Positions 9,456 to 17,700 of a DNA stretch of 25,250 nucleotides are shown piece after piece. The stretch covers positions 1 to 25,250 of the forward strand of contig CAZZKZ010000166.1 in the NCBI GenBank assembly GCA_964654915.1, given 5' to 3'. Made by a program: the position numbers and the translations under genes. Below the pieces are notes generated by a model that saw only the letters and a list, made by a program, of their open reading frames with translations, made no database searches and had not been told where the DNA came from. The stretch comes from Candidatus Hadarchaeota archaeon (GTDB lineage: Archaea > Hadarchaeota > Hadarchaeia > Hadarchaeales > Hadarchaeaceae). Every line of letters starts with the position of its first letter. Positions within the stretch are counted from its first letter, which is position 1.

Positions 9456-10224
9456 GGCTGTCAGGAAGAAGATCGACGAGACAGACGGGCAGATCCTGGA
9501 GCTGGTGAAGCGCAGGCTGGACCTGGTCAGGGAGATAGCGGAGATCAAGCGCAGGAAGAACCTGCCGCTGACCGATACCGCCAGGGAAATGGAGATAGTG
9601 AGGAGAGCGAAGGAGACCGCCAGGAGGCTCGGGATAGATCCGGCATTTGCCGAGAGCCTGATGTGGCTGTTGATCTCCCACAGCTGGGGGAAGGAGAGGG
9701 AGGAGATGGAGCCGCCGGAGCTGCTGCGGAGGCTCGAGGAGAAATTCAGGGAATACCCTGCCCAGCTCAAGGTTGCCAAGCTCATGCTGCGATACGGGCT
9801 GAGGGTGAACGAGAAGGGTGAAATCTGCTGCGGCTCAATGAGGATACCCGCGGTGCAGATAGGGAAGGAGGCGGGAGTCGACAGGCGGGCGGTTGAGCAG
9901 ACGGCCTCCAGAATACTCAGGGATGAGGAGCTGAGGCTGATCTTCTCCGAGCTCGAGCCGGTCGCGCACCTGCGCGGGGCCGCGAAGGCCCTGGGGATGG
10001 GAATAATCGAGATAGTGCCGGAGGACGCGAGCAGGCCCGGCATAATCAAAGATGTGGCCGAGAAAATCTCAAAGTTCGGCGTGAGCATAAGGCAGGCCAT
10101 AGCCGACGATCCCAAGCTGACCCCCCAGCCGAAGCTCACGATAATAACGGACAGGCCGCTGAGCGGCGAGGTTCTCGAGGCCATCAGGCAAATCTCTTAT
10201 ATAAAAAGCGTCGTCCTCTATTGA
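9439..10224 (+). CDS. AroQ chorismate mutase fused to a COG2150-like HTH+ACT amino-acid-metabolism regulator
   Basis: aa 1-88 carry AroQ residues R9, R26, K37, D46, R49, E50, S82, E86. aa 90-261 (KFREYPAQLKVAKLMLRYGLRV..GVDRRAV..PGII..IS.FGVSIRQAIADDP..LTIITD) resemble the archaeal ACT-domain regulator family. Confidence 0.85.
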   Translation: MLSEIEAVRKKIDETDGQILELVKRRLDLVREIAEIKRRKNLPLTDTAREMEIVRRAKETARRLGIDPAFAESLMWLLISHSWGKEREEMEPPELLRRLEEKFREYPAQLKVAKLMLRYGLRVNEKGEICCGSMRIPAVQIGKEAGVDRRAVEQTASRILRDEELRLIFSELEPVAHLRGAAKALGMGIIEIVPEDASRPGIIKDVAEKISKFGVSIRQAIADDPKLTPQPKLTIITDRPLSGEVLEAIRQISYIKSVVLY

Positions 10225-10233
10225 GGGTCAAGC

Positions 10234-10953
10234 TTGAGGCTGAGGTTCGGGGACGTGGAAAGGGAGGCCGCCGTGAGGAAAGCCTCCGACATGGCGGATG
10301 TCATAGCCGACAAGGAGTGGCTGAAGGCGAACATGGACGCCGAGCTTTACTACATGTTCAGGGACCTGTGGAGGGCGGAGGACAGGGAAACCATACTCCA
10401 GAACAGGCTCAGGTACGACATAACAATCATCCCTCCGAGGAGGATAGGCATGGAGTTCGTGAAGACGCAGGGGCACTACCATCCCGAGTGTTGCCCCGGC
10501 CTGACCTACCCGGAGATATACGAGGTCCAGGAGGGCAGGGCGCACTACCTGCTGCAGAGGAAGGAGGGAGGCAGGATAGTCGATGTGGTTCTGGTGGAGG
10601 CGGAGGCGGGCGACAAGGTCATCATCCCGCCCAACTACGGTCACGTCACGATAAACCCGTCGGAGGAAGCGCTCAGGATGGCCAACTGGGTGAGCAGCGC
10701 CTTCACCTCCCTTTACCAGGAGTTCAACAGCATGGGCGGGGCGGCGTACTTCGAGCTGGTCGACGGGAGATTCGTGAGGAACCCGAGATACGGGGAGGTT
10801 CCGGAGCTGAGGAGGGTGGAGCCGGCCGAGGTCCCCGAGTTCGGGATAGTCCACGGGAGGGACATGTACGAGCTGATAAAGAACCCCGAGAGCCTTGACT
10901 TCCTGAACAATCCCGGCAGGTACGTGAGGATTTTTGAGAGATGCCTGAGGTGA
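10234..10953 (+). CDS. Cupin-type glucose-6-phosphate isomerase family protein
   Basis: RYDITIIPP, KTQGHYHP, YPEIYEV.EG.A.YLLQ and IPPNYGHVTIN (metal-binding His/His/Glu/His pattern of archaeal cupin GPI); TTG start. Confidence 0.85.
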   Translation: MRLRFGDVEREAAVRKASDMADVIADKEWLKANMDAELYYMFRDLWRAEDRETILQNRLRYDITIIPPRRIGMEFVKTQGHYHPECCPGLTYPEIYEVQEGRAHYLLQRKEGGRIVDVVLVEAEAGDKVIIPPNYGHVTINPSEEALRMANWVSSAFTSLYQEFNSMGGAAYFELVDGRFVRNPRYGEVPELRRVEPAEVPEFGIVHGRDMYELIKNPESLDFLNNPGRYVRIFERCLR

Positions 10954-10957
10954 CCCA

Positions 10958-11248
10958 TCAAACCCTGACGATCTGCGCGTGCTTCACCCTGCCGAACTTC
11001 AGGACACACCTGGGGTTGACGAGACCCTCAACTATGGCGTGGTCGACTATGGTTCCCAGCAGGTTCGCGATCGTGGCTTCCTTCAGGGCCTCAAGGCACT
11101 CGCTGACGGAGGCCTCGCGTCCGCGGTAGAACGACTCCTTCACCTCGAGCTTCAGGTTCTTCTTTCTCAGGGTCTTGCCCAGCAGTTCGGCGTCGCAGAC
11201 GATCACAAGAGTCTCATCCCCGACCCTCAGAACTCTGAGGAGCGGCAA
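10958..11248 (-). CDS. DUF424 family protein
   Basis: LVIVCDAELLGK, LEVKESFYRG, ATIANLLG, HAQIV pattern. TTG at 11248 follows the aIF-2beta stop and GGAGTG; the ORF track extends it to 11290. Confidence 0.85.
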   Translation of the reverse strand: MPLLRVLRVGDETLVIVCDAELLGKTLRKKNLKLEVKESFYRGREASVSECLEALKEATIANLLGTIVDHAIVEGLVNPRCVLKFGRVKHAQIVRV

Positions 11249-11249
11249 A

Positions 11250-11657
11250 TCAGACACTCCTGACCGGGTTCCTTGCCCCGCACGCCTCACATCTCATGAC
11301 CGGGACCTTCCCGACCTTCTCGATTCTCGTGTCCGGCTTCCCGCACTCCCTGCAGATCACGAACTCCTTCACGTACTGGTCTATCCTGCCCTGAATCGCC
11401 TCCTGGGAGAATCTTCCGTGCAGAACCAGCATGCCCTCCCTGAATGCCCCGGCGGCAGCGAGTTCCTTCAGCAGGAACCTAGCCAGATGCTCCGGCTCCC
11501 TGTTGAGCATGGAGGCAATTGACCTCAGGTTCTTGACCAGGGTCTGGCTCCCGGCCACCGTTAACTCCGCCTTGGGAACCTGAAACCTGGATGTCTCCTT
11601 CACTATCTTCGGCGTCTGCTGGAGTGCCCTCTCGAGAAGCTGCTCGTACTCCTCCAT
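11250..11657 (-). CDS. eif2b: Translation initiation factor 2 subunit beta (aIF-2beta)
   Basis: YEQLLERA, RFQVP, LNREPEHLARFLLKEL, Zn ribbon CRECGKPDT...CEACGA; ATG 11657 overlaps the upstream TGA (TGATG). Confidence 0.96.
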   Translation of the reverse strand: MEEYEQLLERALQQTPKIVKETSRFQVPKAELTVAGSQTLVKNLRSIASMLNREPEHLARFLLKELAAAGAFREGMLVLHGRFSQEAIQGRIDQYVKEFVICRECGKPDTRIEKVGKVPVMRCEACGARNPVRSV

Positions 11658-12265
11658 CACACCGCCCCGAACCTGCCGACGTTTTTCTCCGCTATTCTCC
11701 CCTCGGCCAGGAGATCCCTGATTATCCCCTCGAGCTCGTCCATCGGTATTCCCGTTGCCCTCGAGATCTCGTCCGCGGTCATGCCCTCATCGCTCTGCCT
11801 GAGGGCCGCGACAACCATCTCCTTGTGTGACGGTTTTCCCTCGCCGGGCCTCACGCCGGAGCCTAGAAGCCTCAGCCTCTCCTCGATTATCTCCAGCTCT
11901 CTCAGCAGCTCCACATTCGGATCTTCCACCTTTACGATGAGATCGGGCACTATGTAGACCTCCCCGTCCCTCTCGTTGAGTCTTATCCTGCCGATGACAT
12001 CCACGATGTCTCCCTCCCCGAGAGGCCGGAGCATTCTCACGTCATCCCTCCAGGCCTTCACCCTCACAACACCGCTTCCGTCATCCACGTTAACGAAAGA
12101 GTAGGTACCATCCTCCTTGACGTATTTCTGCACAACGGTTCCCAGAATTCTGACCTTTCTAACCCTCACGCCCCAGGGCGTGACAAGAGAAAGTCCGGAC
12201 TGGTCCGTCTCGCACCTTCCAAACACTATGTCTTCGGCCTTGACTTTATAGGCGGGCGGATACAT
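11657..12265 (-). CDS. RPA32/RPA2-like ssDNA-binding subunit (OB fold + C-terminal winged helix)
   Basis: PAYKVKAEDI..G, VRILGTVV, VDDGSGVVRVKAW, GDIVDVIGRIR, then the wHTH-like GMTADEISRATGIPMDELEGIIRDLLAEGRI. ATG 12265 preferred over 12346, which overlaps cgi121. Confidence 0.75.
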   Translation of the reverse strand: MYPPAYKVKAEDIVFGRCETDQSGLSLVTPWGVRVRKVRILGTVVQKYVKEDGTYSFVNVDDGSGVVRVKAWRDDVRMLRPLGEGDIVDVIGRIRLNERDGEVYIVPDLIVKVEDPNVELLRELEIIEERLRLLGSGVRPGEGKPSHKEMVVAALRQSDEGMTADEISRATGIPMDELEGIIRDLLAEGRIAEKNVGRFGAV

Positions 12266-12294
12266 CCTTCTCTGATGAAATCTGTCGGGCGGAG

Positions 12295-12303
12295 GATTAA
12301 AGT
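12295..12303. promoter_or_regulatory. Possible shared bidirectional TATA element
   Basis: GATTAAAGT is the only AT-rich box between the divergent starts 12265 (-) and 12326 (+), roughly 25-30 nt from each. Confidence 0.3.
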
Positions 12304-12325
12304 CTTCCCGGTAAGGGGAAAGTTT

Positions 12326-12823
12326 GTGGCCGTGCTCTCCGGTCACCTCCTTTCATCACCCGATGAGTTGGTCACCGCGGTCTCCGGCGGCCAGAGAAGA
12401 GCGACCGTGCAGGCCTTCGACGCGGATTCGATAGCCGGCGCGGAGCACCTCCTCCACTCGGTCACCCTGGCGATCTCGGGCTGGGAGGCCGGCAGGCGGT
12501 TTACGAGGAGGTTCGAGCTGGAGCTCCTCTGCTATGCGGCGGCCGACCACCAGATTTCGGAGGCGATCAAGAAGGTCGGAGTTGGAAGGAGGACCTCCAA
12601 GGTGGTTCTCGTGTCTCTGGCCGGAAAGGGCGAGGAGGCCGCCGGGGCGCTGCGCGGGCTCGCTGAGAGGATCAGGGTGAGGCCGGATCCGGGAGTCCTG
12701 GAGGTTAATCCGGAGAAGAAGAGGAGGCTGAGGAGAATCTTCCGCATATCCAAGAGGGAGCTGGAGGCGGCCGGGCTGGAGGATCTCATCCTCGAGAGAA
12801 TCGCGTCACTTTCTCTTCTTTAG
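12326..12823 (+). CDS. cgi121: KEOPS complex subunit Cgi121
   Basis: VQAFDADSIAGAEHLLHS, ELELLCYAAADHQISEAIKKVG, LILERIA. GTG 12326 is inferred as the start; the ORF track gives ATG 12275. Confidence 0.88.
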   Translation: MAVLSGHLLSSPDELVTAVSGGQRRATVQAFDADSIAGAEHLLHSVTLAISGWEAGRRFTRRFELELLCYAAADHQISEAIKKVGVGRRTSKVVLVSLAGKGEEAAGALRGLAERIRVRPDPGVLEVNPEKKRRLRRIFRISKRELEAAGLEDLILERIASLSLL

Positions 12824-13108
12824 AATCTCCTCGAAAGTTTCATCCTCGTCCACGTCAACTATCTTCACGCACACCGGCATTATCGGAGTATCCGAGAATT
12901 TTATCTCCCCATCATCGTCTATTGCCGTGTACCTCGCCATGACCGGCTCATCGCTCCGGATGGCGAGGCATATCACTTCATGATCGATGGGAGCGTAGAT
13001 GTAGTAATAGTGCTTGTTCTCCTTTTCGATATGGAAAATCCACCCGAACCCGCGGCCTATGTTCACGACATCCTCAAGATTTTTGCACCATATCACTCGC
13101 ATGGCCAC
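12806..13108 (-). CDS. Hypothetical protein, ~100 aa
   Basis: Protein-like composition, overlaps the upstream PhoU/TrkA-C gene by 35 nt, and fills an otherwise non-coding gap; GTG 13108 or ATG 13102. Confidence 0.75.
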   Translation of the reverse strand: MAMRVIWCKNLEDVVNIGRGFGWIFHIEKENKHYYYIYAPIDHEVICLAIRSDEPVMARYTAIDDDGEIKFSDTPIMPVCVKIVDVDEDETFEEILKKRK

Positions 13109-14294
13109 TTATCTCCTTCACCTTCTCTATTTCCTTTCTTCCTCCCCTGACAAAAAGGATATCGTTTGCCTTTATCCTGAATTTTGAGGAGGGTTCGACG
13201 ATGAGCCTGCTTCCCCTTCTGACCATGAAGACGTAGACCCCGAATATCTCCCAGAACTTCAACCTGCCAAGCGTCTTTTTTGCAAAGGGCGATCCCTCCT
13301 TCACAACTATCTTCTCTATTTTCTCCTGTGACTCCTCCAGCGCCTCGCGGAAGACCGGATGGATCTCCTCAAGTCTGAGCGTGACATCAGCTATGTCGTC
13401 GGCGGCGTTCGAGATCTTGCCGATGTAGTCCAGAATCTCAAGGATGCTGATGAGACCTGCGAGGTCCCTCTCCCTCCTGGAGGCCTTCAGAACCTCCAGC
13501 CTGATCTCGTACTCGAGCCTGTCAAAGTTCTCCTCCATCTCCCTGACCTCCTGGGCGATCTCCTTCGAGCCGAAGATTATGGAGGAGTAGGCCATGTCAA
13601 CCATTATTGCCACAAGATCCCTCATTTTCGCGATCGCTTTTCTGATCTTCCTGAGGTTGCTTTCCACCACCCTGCACTTCCTTTTTGTGTTCGCCATCTG
13701 CTCGATTATCCGCAGGCTCTCCTCCGAGCCCTTGCAGACGAGAATGTCCCCGCTCATGAGCTCGGTGTCGGATTTCGGTGGAATGATCCATTCCGCGCCC
13801 CTCTTGATGGCCAGCGGCCACGCCCCCCTGGTCGGCGGCAGGTTGAGCTCGCCTATCTTTCTGCCCGCGACCGGCGAGTTCTCCCCTATCTCCAGGACAG
13901 CTATCCTTTCGTCCGCCTCCCCTATGGCCTCGCAGACGACCGGGTGCACCTTCATCCCGCGCAGGATGAAGTCAGCTATGCTCTCGACTGCATCGGAAAT
14001 GCTCTCCGCCGCGCTCGCGACCTGCAGAATTCCGGTTATGAGCTTGGCCTCCTCCAGCCTCCTTGTCACAACCGCGGCGGCCCCCCTTATCTGGTACATC
14101 AGCTCGTTCATCCTCTCCTCAAGCCTGCTGAGCTGCCTGGCAAGATCTCTGTCCTCCAGCACGAGCACGGCAAAGGCTAGGTCGACCATCATGTCGGAGA
14201 TGTTCTTCATCTCGGTAAGGAGGTCTTTCACATTTGGCGGATAAGAGGTATCCTCCACTCTCTCTGGACCCCCGTATACTGATATCGCTGCCAA
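13074..14294 (-). CDS. Tandem PhoU + TrkA-C (RCK_C) domain protein (COG3273-like)
   Basis: Two homologous halves (NVKDLLTEMKNISDMMVDLAF / KIRKAIAKMRDLVAIMVDMAY; KVHPVVCEAIGEADERI / EIHPVFREALEESQEKI), each followed by an RCK_C-like segment. GTG 14258 is an alternative start. Confidence 0.85.
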   Translation of the reverse strand: MAAISVYGGPERVEDTSYPPNVKDLLTEMKNISDMMVDLAFAVLVLEDRDLARQLSRLEERMNELMYQIRGAAAVVTRRLEEAKLITGILQVASAAESISDAVESIADFILRGMKVHPVVCEAIGEADERIAVLEIGENSPVAGRKIGELNLPPTRGAWPLAIKRGAEWIIPPKSDTELMSGDILVCKGSEESLRIIEQMANTKRKCRVVESNLRKIRKAIAKMRDLVAIMVDMAYSSIIFGSKEIAQEVREMEENFDRLEYEIRLEVLKASRRERDLAGLISILEILDYIGKISNAADDIADVTLRLEEIHPVFREALEESQEKIEKIVVKEGSPFAKKTLGRLKFWEIFGVYVFMVRRGSRLIVEPSSKFRIKANDILFVRGGRKEIEKVKEISGHASDMVQKS

Positions 14295-14341
14295 TTTAAT
14301 AATTAGTGTTACCCTCTCTTACCATCCGTCAAACCGTGAGG

Positions 14342-14384
14342 GAAAAGTTTTATATACCCTCTGCAGACGAAAAACATATTAAAT
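14342..14384 (+). promoter_or_regulatory. Two BRE/TATA-like boxes upstream of tRNA-Lys and the rpo operon
   Basis: GAAAAGTTTTATATA (14342-14356) and GAAAAACATATTAAAT (14369-14384); the second ends about 21 nt before the tRNA 5' end. The first could instead serve the divergent gene. Confidence 0.6.
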
Positions 14385-14404
14385 GAGATTTCCAGCCCGT
14401 TGTT

Positions 14405-14479
14405 GGGCCCGTGGCGCAGTCTGGCTAGCGCACCGGCCTTTTAAGCCGGGAGTCGCGGGTTCGAATCCCGCCGGGCCCG
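14405..14479 (+). tRNA. tRNA-Lys(UUU), intronless, CCA not encoded
   Basis: Acceptor GGGCCCG/CGGGCCC, D stem GCGC/GCGC, anticodon stem CCGGC/GCCGG with loop CT-TTT-AA (anticodon 14440-14442), T arm GCGGG-TTCGAAT-CCCGC, discriminator G. Confidence 0.97.
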
Positions 14480-14498
14480 CTGCGGGAAGGGGAGAGGG

Positions 14499-14735
14499 AT
14501 GGGAGTGGACATAACAAAGCACAGGCTGGTGCCGAAGCACGAGATCCTGAGTCCGGATGAGGCAAAGAAGGTGCTCGAGACATACGGGGTGGAACCGCAC
14601 CAGCTTCCGCTCCTCCTGAGCAGCGACCCGGTTGCAAAAGCCATCGGGGCCAAGCCGGGCGACATAGTGAAGATAACGAGAAAGAGCCAGACGGCCGGGG
14701 AGATAGTGGTTTATAGGTACGTTGTGGAGGGATAG
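14499..14735 (+). CDS. rpoH: RNA polymerase subunit H (Rpo5)
   Basis: [13 protein letters not shown]....[24 protein letters not shown]. Confidence 0.98.
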   Translation: MGVDITKHRLVPKHEILSPDEAKKVLETYGVEPHQLPLLLSSDPVAKAIGAKPGDIVKITRKSQTAGEIVVYRYVVEG

Positions 14736-14738
14736 GGG

Positions 14739-17700
14739 ATGCGGGATACTTGGGCCTGTGTGGAGGCATTTTTCAGGAGAAAGGGGCTGGTCAGGCAGCA
14801 CCTCGACTCGTACAACGATTTCATCAAGCGAAGGCTGCAGCAGATAATCGACGAGATAGGCAAGATAGACCTCGACATCGAGGGAATTCATGTAAAGCTC
14901 GGCAGGATAAGGCTGGGTTCCCCGAAGGCCTACGAGGCGGCAGAGGGGCAGATCGACCTGTGGCCGAACGAGGCCAGGCTGAGGGGGCTCAGCTACACGG
15001 CCCCGCTCTATCTCGAAATGTCCCTCGTCGAGCAAGGGAAGGAGAAGCCGCCGGAGGAGGTTTACATAGGAGAGTTCCCGGTGATGGTCAGGTCGGAGGC
15101 CTGCAGGCTCTACGGGCTCTCCGAGGAGGAGCTGATAAAGCGGGGCGAGGATCCGCTGGACCCGGGCGGCTACTTCATAATCAACGGCTCGGAGAGGGTC
15201 ATAGTGGCCCAGGAGGACCTCGTCTCGAACTACATTCTGGTCGAGAAAGATGAGAGGATGGGGGTCGAGGTTGCGAAGGTTTTCTCCAGCCACGGGGGCT
15301 TCAGGGCGTTCGTGGTTGTTGAAAGGAAGCGCGATGGCCTGCTCAGGATATCCTTCCCGTCGGTTCCCGGGCAGATTCCGTTCGTCGTGATGATGCGCGC
15401 GCTCGGGCTCGAGAGGGACAGGGACATCGTCAGCGCGATATCCGATGACCCTGAGATGCTCGAGGATCTTCACGAGAACCTGATCGAGGAGAAGGACGTC
15501 AAAACGACGAAAGATGCCCTTGACTTTATAGGAAAGAGGGTTGCGGTGGGACAGCCGGAGAGCTACAGGAGGCAGCGCGCGGAGGAAATCCTGGACAGGT
15601 ACTTCCTGCCGCACATAGGAACGAGCAAGGAGGACAGAATCAGGAAGGCCTACTATCTCGGAAGGATGGCCAAGCTGGTCATAGAACTCGCGCTGGGGAG
15701 GAGGGATCCAGACGACAAGGATCACTACGCGAACAAGCGTCTGAAGCTCGCCGGTGATCTGCTCGAGAACATATTCAGGCTGGCCTTCAACAACCTCACG
15801 AAGGACATGAAGTACCAGATAGAGAAGGCCTACTCCAGGCAGAGGCTCATCCAGCTCAAGAGCATGGCGCGGGCGGACATCCTGACGGAGAGGATAAGGC
15901 ATGCGATATCGACGGGGACCTGGCCCGGCGGAAGAACCGGAATAAGCCAGCTCCTGGACAGGCCAAACTCCATCGCCGCGGTTTCCCACCTGCGGAGAAT
16001 AGTGTCCCCGCTCAGCCGCAGCCAGCCGCACTTCGAAGCCCGAGATCTTCACTCAACCCACTGGGGAAGAATATGTCCAGTTGAAACCCCGGAGGGACCC
16101 AACTGCGGTCTGGTAAAGAACCTCGCCCTCACGGCCGAGATATCCATAGGCACGGATGAGCGCGAGGTCGAGCGCTGGCTCGAGAAGCTGGGAGTGAGGA
16201 AAATCGAGAAGATGAGCGAGAGAAGGGAGGAGACACTTGTTTACATAAACGGCAGGCTGGTCGGGATCTGCGAGGATGGGAGAAAGCTTGCGAGCGAGAT
16301 AAGAGAGTTGCGGAGGAAGGGGAGGATAAGCGAGCAGGTCAACGTCGGTTACAAGCCTGACACGAATGAGCTGAAGATAAACACGGACAGCGGTCGCATA
16401 AGGAGGCCGGTCTTCGTGGCCGAGAATGGAAGACCGAAGATCACGGATGAAATGATCGAGAAGATCGAGAGGGGAGAAATCGGCTGGGATGACCTGGTGA
16501 GGGAGGGGGTAGTGGAGTATCTCGACGCGGATGAGGAGGAGAACGCCCTGATAGCGGTATACGAAAACGAGCTGACGGAGGAGCACACGCATCTGGAGCT
16601 TCATCCGCTGGCGATTCTGGGAATCGGCGGGGCCCTGGTTCCCTATGCGGAGCACAACCAGTCCCCGAGAAACACGTACGGGGCCAACATGGCCAAGCAG
16701 GCCCTTGGCGTTCCCTTCACGGACCTCTACAGCCGGTCTGACACGAGGGCGCACTTCTACCACTACCCGCAGGTTCCTCTCGTCTACACGAAGATAATGG
16801 ACATCGTCGGCTTCGATAAGAGACCGGCCGGGCAGAACCTGGTCGTGGCGATAGCGACCTACGGCGGATACAACATGGAGGATGCAATAATTGTCAACAA
16901 GGCCTCGATCGAGCGCGGCATGGGCAGGTCGACTTTCTACAGGCTGTACGAGACCGAGGAGATCAGGTATCCCGGCGGTCAGATGGACAAGATAGAGATA
17001 CCGCCGGAGGAGATAAAGGGCGTGGCGAGCTCCGAGGCCTACAGGAACCTTGAGGAGGACGGGATAACCGTGGTCGAGGCCGAGGTGAAGGGGGAGGATG
17101 TCCTGATAGGGAAAACGAGCCCGCCGAGATTCCTGGAGGAAGCGGGCGAGATTGGGATAGGAGAGAAGAGAAGGGAGAGCTCGATCAGGGTGAGGCCGCA
17201 GGAGAAAGGGATAACGGACATGGTTTGTATAACCACGACCCCGGACGGGACCAAGTTCGTCAGGGTCAGGGTCAGGGATCAGAGGATTCCTGAGATAGGC
17301 GACAAGTTCGCATCCAGACACGGACAGAAGGGAGTCATAGGGATGATTCTGGATGCGCGCGACATGCCGTTCACGGCCGACGGCATAATCCCCGACATAA
17401 TCATAAATCCGCACGCGATTCCCTCAAGGATGTCGGTGGGGCAGCTGCTCGAGATGGTGGCGGGAAAGGTCGGTGCCATGCTCGGGAAGAGAATCGACGG
17501 AACGCCTTTCAGCAGCACGCCGGAGGCTGAGCTCAGGAACCTGCTGAAGGAGCTCGGTTTCAAGTCAACCGGGAGGGAGGTCATGTACAACGGGATCACG
17601 GGCGAGGTGATACCGGTTGAGATATTCATTGGCGTCTGCTACTACCAGAAGCTGCATCACATGGTGGCCGACAAGATTCACGCAAGACCGCACGGTCCCG

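Noticed and set aside
10221-10898. 225-aa same-strand ORF overlapping the GPI gene
   Set aside because: Gly/Arg-rich off-frame translation with no motif; the GPI frame has the conserved cupin residues.
12271-12278. CTGATGA resembling a C/D-box sRNA C box (also ATGATTGA at 155-162)
   Set aside because: No matching D box at a suitable distance and no terminal stem found.
17258-17277. Tandem (GTCAGG)x3 repeat in rpoB
   Set aside because: Simply encodes VRVRVR in a conserved beta strand using preferred codons.
14379-17414. Long antisense ORFs over rpoH/rpoB (557 aa and 453 aa), and similar ones over carB (3370-4788), aroK/fusion (8829-10184), rpoA' (19301-20713), rpoA'' and tuf
   Set aside because: Shadow ORFs. 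Antisense stops require TTA/CTA/TCA in the sense genes, and these are rare here. The translations show no recognisable motifs and lie opposite well-conserved genes.
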